The notes beneath the pieces were generated by a model, which saw only the letters and a list, made by a program, of their open reading frames with translations, had not been told where the DNA came from and made no database searches. From NCBI GenBank assembly GCA_012295275.1, contig CM022670.1, forward strand, positions 33,666,001-33,730,000: a DNA stretch of 64,000 nt, written 5' to 3'. A program made the translations under genes and the position numbers. The DNA comes from Chrysomallon squamiferum. Its lineage: Eukaryota > Animalia > Mollusca. Positions 42,271 to 55,012 of the stretch are shown piece after piece; position 1 is the first letter of the stretch, and every line of letters begins with the position of its first letter.

Positions 42271-44071
42271 GCACACCCTAAAGTCATTGTTCGAAAATAT
42301 AACATTCAAAAAACAATTATAATAAAATATAACCTATTTATGTTCGGATAATCGGTGAGAAGACAAAACTAAAAAAAAAGAACATTTAGAAAAGTAAATA
42401 AATAAACACTAGAGGAAAAAAAAAGAATAAGGAAGGAAAGAAAAAACATATGAGATTAAAAAATAATCAATACGGTAATCTGTTTTCATTCTATGCGGGC
42501 TTTAAATGCGTGCTTATTTTCTGCATCAATTAATCAGTCTAGCGTGCTCAGATATGTCGAGCTCGTTGTAAGAAAACAGTCTTTCGCTTTCGTTTCTTCG
42601 TGTGTTTAGACCATTAACTGCTAGTTGTAGCTAGAAATCGAAGAAAAGAAAGAATCATTTTGTTATTGACATTGGGAGAATTATTTAACAGAGGGACTCG
42701 GAGGTGTTGCTTTTATTTGTAAAGCTCTGAACTAGAGTGAACTGCGTCTGTCTTACGTACAGGGCTGTGAAAAACATTTTAAACTGTCCTTTTATTAATA
42801 CATATGGCCTTTTTTTCTTACTAGAATTAAATTTTAGCTTTTTTTATTTATTTATTTATTCTTCATCATGTTTTTCTTTCGTCTACTTTTCTTTTTTTTT
42901 TTTTTTTATTATTATTGTTGTTGTTGTTGTTATTGTTGTTATTTATTTTATTTTATTATTTTTATTATTCTTGTCTTTGTTGTTGCTCTTTTTCTTCTTC
43001 TTTATCAATTTCGTTTTACTGTTATCGTTGTTACTGTTACTGCTGTTGTTGTTGTTAACTATCTGGAAAGTGATGATGGCGCTGATAACGAGTAAAGTGG
43101 TGTTACGTCATGCTCGTTGTTATTATCATTACTGGATACTGATGATGTAGAAAGACAAGTGTTAGGAAAACAAGTGTTAGGCGAAAAGCAATTAAGACAG
43201 ACATTTTCGAGAGTTTCACATGCAATAATTAATTAAGGCAGACAGACAGCAATATTATATCTATTTTGATAAGAGATGAATATAAACTGAATCATATTGG
43301 CCTTTCCTTTAGGAAGCTAATGTCTGATTCCAAACAGTATTGGGGAAGCAGTCATAAACAGCAAAACTTCTAGATTACGTAGTCCTATGAAAGTCTGACC
43401 TAATTTTTCGATATCCAAGTTAATAGCAGTATATATTTATCAAACATTCTTAAAACACTGCAAAGAAGTATCACCAAGCATGATGGCAAATATGGGCGTT
43501 ATGTCCTGCTGTTGTAAACAATTACTTTCTTTACTTTTAACTTCACTTGTTAGATCCTTCAGCTTGCATGAAACAGTCAGAGAAATTCTTAATATTCTAG
43601 CCTGCGCTTCAGCATTAAAAATCCATTAAGACAATGCAAAACACGAGCGTTCTATGCGGGTGATGGCTTTTTTTACGATACTCCAAATTTGTACAAGTAC
43701 ATGTAGAACCGTTATAAACATGGCTATTAACAACAGACAATGCTAAGTATGGTCAATACTTATTTAAACTTCCTATTACTCGATTATTTCATTTTATTAT
43801 GAACTTCAAAATAATTATGAAAAACTATTCAAAAGTTAAAACTGCATTTAAAAGGATCGTAGCTAGAGCATATAAAGACAGTTATTTTCTTGAACGTCGA
43901 TCCTAAAACGGGAAAAGCCAGTATGCGATTTACACACAGTTTTATTCACATATAGTAATTGGAAATCAGGTTTGTGTTGATACCAGTTTAAGTAGATTCT
44001 GCTTAATATATATATATCTCACGCTCACACGCACACACACAAACGCACACACACACACACAAACGCGCGCG

Positions 44072-44108
<37 letters not shown>

Positions 44109-45802
44109 CGTGAGGGTAAACAAACATCATTCGGCCAAGTTCAAATCGTTTTCCGTTCAACAACAAATTCAGTAGCCCAAGGGAGATAACTGTTTTAAAA
44201 TATCCTAGTCCAATGTTCATAAATTATATATAACGAATGTCATTTTTGTTTCGCATTTTTAGCTCTTCTCCGAAAACTAAATATTTTCGTTTCGGATTCA
44301 TCATTTCTATTTTTATAACGCCCGGTAATAACATCAATGTCTATAACTCGCGTAACATTTGCCTACGGTGAATTGAAGTTCGTAGATCAATGGAAACAGC
44401 ACGCAACAGAAACAAACGGACTAAAATCATCACTTTTCTGACTAGTGCTGTACCGACATGTCTCAGTAAAGAAACGGAAGATAGCTTAGACGTTAAAACG
44501 CTGACTAGATCACTCGATCGCTAATCCAATTGGCATCATTGACCAAACGACAATATTATCAAATGCCTCAGTAAGGCAGCATGTAAAAGATTCCTTGTTG
44601 CTGTTCAGTAACATTATCTCTTATCTGAATAAACAGGATTCTCCTACCATTAAACAAGAAAAACAATTGTGATTGACTCCTAGTAACCGTTATTGGTAAA
44701 ATATACGAGTATTTTATCGTTGCTGAATTGTAGGTTTGGAAACGAATTATCCTTGTTTATTTAATCATCTACACGCTTGTTTTTTTTTGTTTTGTTTTTT
44801 AACTAATTTATTTATATACATGTTAGTTTGTTTGTTTGTTTATTCATTTGTTTTTATTATTATTATTATGTAATTTCTTTGAGCTACATGGGTAAATTTT
44901 GAATTGATAATGAGGGAGATATATCATGAAGTATGTTTGTATTATTAGTATGTCAGAGAGTTAGTGAGAAAAGCAATATTGATCATGTACTTTCCCACTT
45001 ACCTCTCAGTTTTAGAGATAATTGTTTGCATTACTGTAATCTGCAGTTTTTTAAAATCGATAGTTTAGGCTCAGTATCGCTACAAATTCAGCTGTTATGA
45101 CATCGGTTTCGTGATTTGGATACTCTTGGATCGCATCTCGGTAACGGCAGGTTCTGAAAGCTAACTGTCGTTGTCGTCTCTCTTGTAACAAACATTTAAA
45201 ATAGAAAATACTAACCATTACATGGTTTTGGGTTTTATATTTTATTACTGTTATTTTTATTTTTATTTTTATTAATATTTTTTATTGTTATTATTTTTAT
45301 TTTATTTATTTTGTTTTTTAGTAATTATTATCATTATTTTTATTTTTATTTTTTTTTTTTGAATTTGTGGATAGTTTAATTATTATATTTTATTTTTTTT
45401 ATTTATTTTTTTATTTGCATCATTTATCATATTTTATTCATATAATATTTTAGATTAGTATTTTTTTATTTTTTAACAATTTAAAAAAAAAAGTACTCAA
45501 AAAAAAAAAAAAAAAAAAAAAAAAGAAAGAAAGAAATGAGAAAAAAGTGGTGAAATCAGTTTCAGTGACACACTGTGATATTCGAGTGATGAAACGGTTT
45601 GTAACATGTTCTCGCTGGATCGACATTTAACGTCAGTTCAGGCCTTTTGAAACGATTCGAAACGTTTCAGATTACTCTGTGTAGAATGTTTCACTAATCC
45701 AGTCATTTCGGGTGTACGTTTCATCCGTTTGACGCTCAAAATCCCATTCCAAAATCCAACAAAGGAAAGATAGGGGTCGGCGGTGTGTTAAAACCGTTTT
45801 CG

Positions 45803-46155
45803 TTACATCATGAATACCGTAAACTATCTGTTTTTTGTGTCACTATGTCAAAACATCAAGCCGACGCGACTATACATTGAAAATCTGGTAGTACATGAAA
45901 GATCGATACTGAATATGATATACAGTAAATTCAAACATCTCGTAATTATCTTTTCGCCTTACCATTAAGTTAATGGACTTACATCATGAATACCGTAAAC
46001 TATATATTTATTGTTTCGTTATGTTAAAGTTCGGGAAAACATAACTCCTGTTATTCCGGAATGCGTGAAAAGTCGATAATGAATGTGATATATGGTAAAT
46101 TTATATTTCTTATACTCACCTTTTTCTTCGCCTTGCCATTAACTTAATTGAGTTG
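45803..46155. repeat. Diverged ~176-bp tandem duplication
   Basis: Both units start with 'ttacatcatgaataccgtaaactat' (45803 and 45979), share 'tcgata.tgaat.tgatata..gtaaatt' and end with 'ttcgcctt.ccattaa.ttaat'. Confidence 0.75.
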
Positions 46156-46315
46156 CATTTAAGGTTATTTGTAATGCCATGCTAAACTGTTTTAGATTGC
46201 TATGCACTCATGTCGTGCATGGTGTAATAATCAATCAATATTCTAAAAACTGATGTCTTTAAAGACTTTTGCACACAAGTTATTTGAGTAATATAAAAAG
46301 CAACGTCATTCTGAA

Positions 46316-46378
<63 letters not shown>

Positions 46379-46475
46379 CATTATAACAGTATTTTGTAGC
46401 ACTTCTTTTTCATATTATTCTTAATTTGTATCTTGTTTGTTTTTTTTGCTTGTTTGTTTTTTCTTTTCTCTCTCT

Positions 46476-46566
<91 letters not shown>
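46316..46566. repeat. (AAT)n plus (CT)n-(AT)n microsatellites
   Basis: (AAT)n at 46316-46378; (CT)n at ~46467-46542 followed by (AT)n. Confidence 0.9.
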
Positions 46567-47787
46567 CTTAAAAATTAAAACATATTCATAATTGTATAAT
46601 CTTACTTTAAAAAAAAAAATATAAAATTCAATCGATAAAACGGTTTCTGTTTCTTATTCATTACATAATTTTAGTCATAAAAAATATTTCGACAGCATTT
46701 AATTCATATCATATACTAATCGGTTAAATTTACATTTATCTGCAAAATTCATAATCAGAATTAAATAAAAATGCATAATGAATATATATGTTGATTAAAT
46801 CACGTGATTCAGTATTGGTTTGCTCCAAAACGATTGTTCTGTCTTTCATACGATTACAAGATACTTCTAATGAATAAATTCTATGGGTTTCCTCCTATTA
46901 GTAAAATATTACGTCAGAGTTAACAGATGCTTTGTCGTACAAGAAACGATCATAATAAATCCATAAAGAAATAAAAAGAAAGAAACAGCAACAACAATAA
47001 TAATAAAAAAATAACCATCATTATAATCATCATCATCAGTTACCAAATGGGTGTCGTTAGACCTATAAAAAACCTTAATTACTATCTTCTTTCAAAACTT
47101 AACCACTACACACCTAAAACCAAAATATTTACCTATCAATAACCTGTCACCCGTGTTCAGCTTATGAGCTTAATTGTCACCAATTAGCTCTGCTGTGATA
47201 GCGGAGCTGATGATGACACTAGCTCGTCCAGTTCAGTAGACGTCATCGGTGAATCTCTCGTACTGACGCCTGACAGTAGCACATCTCACGAGATTTGGAA
47301 TAAAATAAACAGTAACTTGTCAGACTTAGAACTGTAATCGCGTACTAAGTAGTGAAAAGACTGAAGGTTAATTTCATTGGTTAACACTGGCTAAAATTGG
47401 TTAGTATCATCCTCAGTAAGATTTTTGTCTTCAGTTATGCTTTCAGTAAGGTAGTTGCAATGTCAGTTTTACGAGATGCAAAGAAACAGATGATTTACCT
47501 TCTTCAGTGGAGATATGACTTAACGGTGTGTTTATTGTTACTGTTGTTTGTTTCTATTTCAGTTTTTAATTCTCCCTTTTGAATTTACTTTTATTTTTTA
47601 CCTTGACTGTATTACTGCTGTTGTCATTATTGTTGTTGTTGTTTTCACATTTGTTATTGTTGTTTTTGTTATAGTTGTTGTTGACGTCTTCATCATCCCC
47701 AATATTATTATTAGTAGTAGTATTATTGTCGTTGTTGTTGTATATAACAGCAACGAATAGGTTATTATTAGTAGTAGTAGTAGTAAA

Positions 47788-47835
<48 letters not shown>

Positions 47836-47868
47836 TTCTAATATCCTCTTTTGTTTCGTCTTCTGCAG

Positions 47869-48666
47869 GTGAATATATCAAAGATTGCACGTTGTCTGTT
47901 TATTTTGGCAATGCTAATGCCTTCGTGTGTGGCCTACTCAAGGATAGAACATTCGAGGCGTGACGCCTCGCAATCAGTGTATTTCAAAATGAGGTTCTGT
48001 GAGCCTGTCAGTGAATCTCGACTGCGGAGAATGATGGGTTCGGGTTATGACATAGACCGGATGACCAACGACGAGGAGGAAGCCAAAAGGAATTTCGTGA
48101 GTGACACTGGTTACCTGGAGGACGAACCTTCGGAGGACTATGTGAAAAGAAACACGGAACTCGACGATGCTCCTGAAGAAACTGACAAAGACTTCCACGT
48201 GGATTCGTTCAGTAAGAGAGACAAAACCTATCAGTTCATGAGGAAGAAGCGAGACGTTTCGCGAGACAACAAACCATATCTGCAAGTCTTTCTCAATAAC
48301 GGTAGTAATAAAAAGAAATATAACAGACGTTCTATAAGTTACAGACAGAAAGTGAAACTCGCTAAGATGTTTAAAAGGAAACTTCCCTGGAAGTGCGCCA
48401 TGTTGAATCACTTTGAACTGAAAGATGGGTATTTTCCTCGCTATGTGCGAACCGGCTCATGTAAAAAAAAAAATTGTTTTTACAACTTCTTCAGGTGTGA
48501 ACCACAGTTTTATCGCATTTTACTTTTAAAACGGGATCCAAATCAGTGCAACCCGCTTCCGAAAATCGGGGCAAACACGACGTACGAAGAGAAGTGGGAC
48601 TTCATAAGACATACAGTGACTGTGGGCTGTAATTGTGTTCATAAAAGAAAACGACGAAGGGAATAA
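47869..48666 (+). CDS. trk: Main/terminal coding exon of a Trunk-like (Trunk/PTTH/Noggin-like superfamily) secreted cystine-knot growth factor or prohormone
   Basis: Longest non-repetitive ORF (47851..48666), with clearly higher GC than its flanks. The acceptor 'cctcttttgtttcgtcttctgcag|' ends at 47868 in phase 0. Translation shows a signal-like segment (KIARCLFILAMLMPSCVA), the motif FCEPVSESRLRRMMGSGYDIDRM (Trunk/Noggin N-terminal C.P...L...LG..F/Y...M) and a furin site RKKR. The C-terminal knot reads LPWKC...GYFPRYVRTGSCKKKNCFYNFFRCEP.FY...LLKR...C...EEKW...VTVGCNC, matching Trunk/PTTH cysteine spacing. Stop TAA at 48664-48666. Family recognised from motif memory; orthology untested. Confidence 0.88.
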   Translation: MNISKIARCLFILAMLMPSCVAYSRIEHSRRDASQSVYFKMRFCEPVSESRLRRMMGSGYDIDRMTNDEEEAKRNFVSDTGYLEDEPSEDYVKRNTELDDAPEETDKDFHVDSFSKRDKTYQFMRKKRDVSRDNKPYLQVFLNNGSNKKKYNRRSISYRQKVKLAKMFKRKLPWKCAMLNHFELKDGYFPRYVRTGSCKKKNCFYNFFRCEPQFYRILLLKRDPNQCNPLPKIGANTTYEEKWDFIRHTVTVGCNCVHKRKRRRE

Positions 48667-49054
48667 TAAGCTGCCGCTTCGCGACGTTGTGTCCGAACAG
48701 CACACCATTACTCCCATAGCATTTTTCAAAGTTCTCAATATTTGTTGTTTCTGCTTGTTTTGTTATTTTTGACTTAAGGAGACAGCCATGACCACGAGCA
48801 ACCTCGCTAACGGTTCTCTAAACTTTCGGGTAGTACGTGAAGTGCAACAGTTATAAACTATCTGATAAAAAACAAAACAAAACAAAAACAAAAAAATATA
48901 TATCAGAAATAGCTGCGATCTTTCTGTGGTTTATTTAGGGGTACACCAAGGAGATGCTTCTTCTCCTTATTTGTTAATGTTTGTTACTGAAGTCCGAAAC
49001 GGAACATTCCTGTATGAATATGAATTATTATTTATGGTATATGTATTTAAAGTC

Positions 49055-49060
49055 AATAAA
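49055..49060 (+). promoter_or_regulatory. Candidate polyadenylation signal
   Basis: AATAAA about 390 nt downstream of the stop codon, followed by T/GT-rich sequence. Other AATAAA hexamers occur further down (e.g. ~49986, ~50145), so the used site is uncertain. Confidence 0.3.
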
Positions 49061-49119
49061 TTAATAATTGTTGCCTATTTATACGGCGTGTTTTGTTGTG
49101 AATTTATGTTGGTTAAAAA

Positions 49120-49380
49120 TACAGTTAAAGATATACAAAATCGAAAGGATATTTAGTTCTGCTACAAGATACACCAGTTTCTAAGATATTTAGTTAAAAG
49201 ATATACACATTTCAAAATTATTTACGTTTATTATGAGCGACAAAAAATGCCAAGTCATTTAGTTCTTATCAAAGATATTTAGTTATATTACAGGATATAC
49301 AAATTTAAAAGTAATTTAGTTCTCTTGTGAGGTACATAAATTTGAAAAAATATTTAATTCTGTTATAAGTTAGACAAATT
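49120..49380. repeat. Degenerate AT-rich minisatellite downstream of the Trunk-like CDS
   Basis: Recurrent 'aagatatac' and 'atttagtt' motifs at roughly 35-45 nt spacing. Confidence 0.45.
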
Positions 49381-49851
49381 TCAGACATTTTTATATATAT
49401 TTATTTATTTATTTATTTTGATAACAGTGCGCAATACAATTATAATTAATATATCTTCTCATAATGATTAGATAACTTATTATATACTCCAGTTTACAGT
49501 AATTTTATAATAACACAAACACACTGAATGTTGAAATCTTACAAAGTACATAACTTCACAAATTAGTTTACAATAATATATTAGTCTAAATATTGATATT
49601 ACATTGCTTTTGTAACTAAAATTTAAAACGTACACAGATTATAATTAAAACTTGAAAGGTAAACGACTATGAAAATGAGTTTTCTGTAATATTTTTCCTT
49701 ACAAAGAAAAAGTAATTACAAAGATATAAAGTTGTAATCATATGTTTTTTTCAGCTACATTATGACGAAAAGCAAAAACGAAGAAAAAGTTACGATTATT
49801 CATTATTATTGTTGTTGTTCTAACTTTATCATCTTTTTAGTCAGTATATCA

Positions 49852-49894
<43 letters not shown>

Positions 49895-50452
49895 ACTAAT
49901 TAAATTGGACATAAATAACATTAAATATATTACTAAGTTATTCTTTTATTCACATTTGGTAAGCGAGATTTATTCATTGTCGTTGAATAAACCCTGTGTT
50001 AATGTACAGATACGTTTTTTAGAGAGGAAAACAAAAATCAACAAATCTTTAAAGGGTACCTGTTGAAGTCTGAATGACGAAATCTTTTACATTCCATACA
50101 ATTATTTTAATTATTCTGAAAAATCATTCATAAGAAAATGTGATAATAAATAAATACTGTTAAAAAAATTAAATAAAAATGAATAACAATCTAAAAGCCG
50201 GCACTTTCCCCTTTCCCAACTGGAGTCGTGACGTCATCACGAGGTCCCTCATGGCGTCATCACGCAGTCCCTCATGGCGGACTGGTAGCTGTATTTTTCC
50301 TGATGCCAGAAGAATTATTACAGTTCACTGGTTCCCTGTATACGCGTTTACGTCACTACTAGAGAAAAATGGCAGAGCGAAGATATTTTTTTAACTGTAC
50401 TACCTTTTATATTTATTATTATTATCCTTGTTGTTGTTATTTATTTATTTTA

Positions 50453-50507
<55 letters not shown>

Positions 50508-51244
50508 TGTTTTGTTTTCTTTTATTATACATTTACTTCATTCTTTATTAAGACACGATGGTAAAAGAACAGCTAAAAACCTTAAGCATCCAGGATATAT
50601 TTAGACTGCCCGAATCCCCAAAGGTCCGCTTTCACAAAATATTCTTGAACGTTCCTCATAGTCTTCTGGGACTATTCAGTTTCATAATTTCGATGGTGTA
50701 GTTTATCATTAAACGTTAGGATCCGAACAACTGAATGAATCATCGATGGCCCAAAACTCTCTGCTCAGCCATATATGGAAATGTATACTCAGACGTATAT
50801 CTATATTGTAGATTTATCGATAGGCAATTAAATCTACTTGACCGCGGTGTTGGTCCCGTGCCACAACTTCATCCTCCCTGACTTCTTCGGCCATCAATTC
50901 TGATGTATGTGGACGGTGTGATTATTCGGCGAGTTAACAATGTGTAATAGCCAGCTATTTCTAGATTACACATCTTGATAGAACATCCCAGTGTTTTAAG
51001 ACAGAATCTTTGCAATGATTAAACCATTTGAATGTAGAATATGAAAGTATGCGACGTTCGATTATAGGATAAAGATTTAGAGCGCACGCACACTCACACA
51101 CACGCACGCACACACAAACACAGACACACACAGACATATTGTTATTAAGTATTTTAAAGTAATTTTATAAAAATAATGCTATCTTTTACTTTTATTAGGT
51201 TTAATATTTTACGCCATTTGTATTTAAAATATTTTGTAGTCATT

Positions 51245-52490
51245 GTAATAATAATAACAATAATAACAATAACAACAACAAAATAATAACAACAATAATA
51301 ATAATGACACGAAAAACTAAAATAATAACAAGTTGATGATAATCATGAACATCATCAATAACAAAAACAACAACAGTCAGTATATCATCATCAGTGTTAA
51401 CATCATCACTGGCATTAACCTATTTCAGTGTGAATTACGTCAAAACCAGAAATGGCACAAACACCATTAAATTCGATTTATAATTAAACCCGTATGATGT
51501 GGCAGATATCCAAGGTTATGTATTAGTACGCCATCTTCATTGCAGATCTAACAAACCATTTTATTAAGCTATCCAGTAGATTACATTTTGTTCTTATAAC
51601 TGATGAAACTGATACATATGCTGATAGAATATGCTGATAATGTATGACACATAAAAACATAACATTAACAACAACAACAACAACAACAACAACAATAGCA
51701 TTAAGAATAACTGTAAACAATAACAGCAATAGCAAAAACACAACATAACAAATCAACAATAAAATAATAACAACAACAAGAAAAACAACAACAACAATAA
51801 TAATAATAATAATACAGTTGTAACAACAACAACAATAACAACAGAAGCATCAAAACTGCAGCAACACCAATGACAACAATAAAAACAACACAACACAAAT
51901 AACAAGATCATGACAATCATGAACATTATCAACAACAACAACGACAGTGAACACAACATCAGTATTATCACCATCAAAATGCTAAGCTATTTCAAATACA
52001 AATGAATCACAGAAAACTAGAAATGGCACAAACAACATTCAGCTCCATTTATAATTAAACCCGTATGATGTGACGGGTATCCAATAGTTCGCAATCTTCA
52101 CCTAAGATCTTTCAAACTATATTATTATTAGTTTATCCAATATATTACTTTTTTAAAAAATTATAACTGAAAATTTGTATACACAGATCGATATTTTATT
52201 TTATATAACTTTTAGAAAATGTGAAGTTTATCAAATTATAATAATAATGATAATAGTAGTAGTAGTAGTAGTAGCATCAGTACTATTACTACTTATAATA
52301 GTAGCTATAATAACAGTAACAGCAACTATTAACAGCAATAGCAACAACACAACAATAACAAAATTAATAACAACAATACAACAATGACACAGTTAGTAAC
52401 AACAACAACTATAATAATAATAATAGTAATATCAATGAAAACAGAAACAGTAACAACAAAAACAATAATAAATAAATAAACAAATAAACA
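51245..52490. repeat. ~570-bp diverged duplication embedded in (AAC)n/(AAT)n low-complexity DNA
   Basis: The core 'agaaatggcacaaaca.catt...atttataattaaacccgtatgatgtg...tatccaa' occurs at ~51448 and ~52019, each preceded and followed by AAC-rich tracts. Confidence 0.7.
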
Positions 52491-52537
52491 AGCTAATAAA
52501 TTAATTTCATTACGAAATTACCAATTGTAAAACCAAA

Positions 52538-52553
52538 CACGCACACAGACGCC

Positions 52554-52585
<32 letters not shown>

Positions 52586-52730
52586 CACAAACACGCCCAC
52601 ACACACACACACACAACACACGCCTCCCATACACACACACACACTCCCACACACACACACACCCACACACACACACACACACACACACAACACACACACA
52701 CACACACACACACACAAATATACACACATA
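52538..52730. repeat. Imperfect (CA)n microsatellite
   Basis: Direct reading. Confidence 0.9.
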
Positions 52731-53924
52731 TATTGTTCACCCTCCTTTACAGCATTTCAAAAATAAAATATTTTAAGACAAACTAATATAAAAAAGCTTG
52801 TTTGTATGTAAAACTCTAAAAATAAAGAATGCTGAGTAACAATATAACATTTAAAACATGACAAGTAGTTTTAAAGTCAGTAGTTAAAACGTGGTTATTG
52901 TTTAAAAGGTGATATTAAATTTTTTATTCTACACTGGAAAGTAAATTTGCAGATCTTTGAAGTATGAATTTATTATATTATCTTAAACAGAATATATATG
53001 TGTGTGTAAGCATTTTTGTGCTTTTATGTATGTATACACATAAATACATCCATATATGCATACAAATAAACATATATACATAGATACATATAGACTTGCG
53101 CACACACACACTCACACACACACACACACATTTATATAAGTGCTCAGGCACTCTGCTCACAAAGTGTCAACAGCTTGCTTTGAGTAAAGATTTGTTACTG
53201 GGTTTGTTCGATAAAAAAAAAAAAAAAAAAAATTAATTTAAGGATTGTCCGGTATAAATATTTCTTAATGCTCATCCTTATGCCTTTGTCCCCATAAAAA
53301 AAATGTTTTATTTGTTCCTGTCCCCAACCGAAAATTTTAAAACTTAGTCCGGTATATAAAGATTTCTTAATGGATTAATCCAGTACAAACACTTATTAGC
53401 AGGGCTTGTTCGATGTAAGGGTTTGAACTCTGCTTCTGCAGACGTCGAGAAGAATAAACGCAATTACATCGAATGCTAGATAGATACGATATATCACAAC
53501 GTGTTTACAGTACAGAGACTGTTTATACGGTCCATCACTCCGAGGAATACTGTTTTGACACGACGACGCCCACGCTTGGGACGTCCAGAACGAGAAGACC
53601 TCGACGGGGCTGCAGTCGCACGGTGCGTGGAGAGAAGACTTTCCAAATTAAGCCGCGGTTTATCTTTCCACATTGTCATATCTGCCAAGAAGAAATAATT
53701 TGTAGGAATGACTCAGAAATGGCATCGATCAGGGACTTTGTGAGTTTACTTTTAATCAAGCGCTGGGCGTTAGTAATGCGTCAGTAGTTTCTTGGTAGCA
53801 GAGGCTTGTTCTACAAGCACGCATCCTTCCACGAACGAATAACGAAACCAAAAAAAAAAAAAATGAAGAAAAGAAAAGAGTTTTCGATATTGTTTTCTAT
53901 TTTGTAGAAATTATGCATGCGTCT

Positions 53925-54340
<416 letters not shown>

Positions 54341-54963
54341 ATAATTAGATGACAAACTAGACTGCACATAGACATAATGTAATGAATATAGTCTTCTAAC
54401 TTCATGTTTGTTTAAAACAATAATAAACTTTTTTTAATTCTACTACTATATATTATTCTCTAGAGTTAATTAAAATTAATAATTAGAATAATGTAAATGA
54501 TTAATTTTTGTTTGTAATTCGGTTTTTTTATTTTTATACTTTGATATTATTCCAAAATAAATGTTATTATTATTTTTAAAATTTTTTTTATTTATTTTTT
54601 TTTTTTTTAATAAATATTCAGCAATAGTTAATAACGATTATAGTTAACTCTTTGTCGATCTTTGGCGACAAGTGCGAGATAGTAATTCTTAAGTTACATT
54701 TTGCTAATGATTAGATTCGTTAGTTGTTTTGCTGTTCTTGTTTTTGTTCTTGTTTTTTGTGTTTATTTATTTGTTTCTTCTTCTTTTTTTTTTTTTTTTG
54801 TCACAAATCTTTCTAACTATATATTTATTTGGTGTTTATTTATAAATGTTGTGTGTTGTTTGGGATTACTGTATTTTTGTCTATACTACACACACATATA
54901 TTTGTTGTTATTGTTATTTTTGAAGGACGATTGTCTGTTTGTCTATATTTGACTGATTGTCTA

Positions 54964-55012
<49 letters not shown>

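Larger units (their letters stand above)
41774..47868 (+). other. Predicted ~6.1 kb intron of the Trunk-like gene
   Basis: GTAAGT at the start and polypyrimidine tract plus CAG at the end. Interior is AT-rich and full of microsatellites, with no credible ORF. Confidence 0.45.

Noticed and set aside
44502-44515. 'tgactagatc' matching the 5' end of miR-279
   Set aside because: Only about 10 nt match and there is no complementary precursor arm.
47851-47868. TTG start of the 271-aa ORF
   Set aside because: These bases are the polypyrimidine tract and acceptor of the intron. The internal ATGs (from 47911) would cut off most of the signal-like segment.
47974-48411. 145-aa antisense ORF
   Set aside because: Shadow of the real + strand CDS; no recognisable motif.
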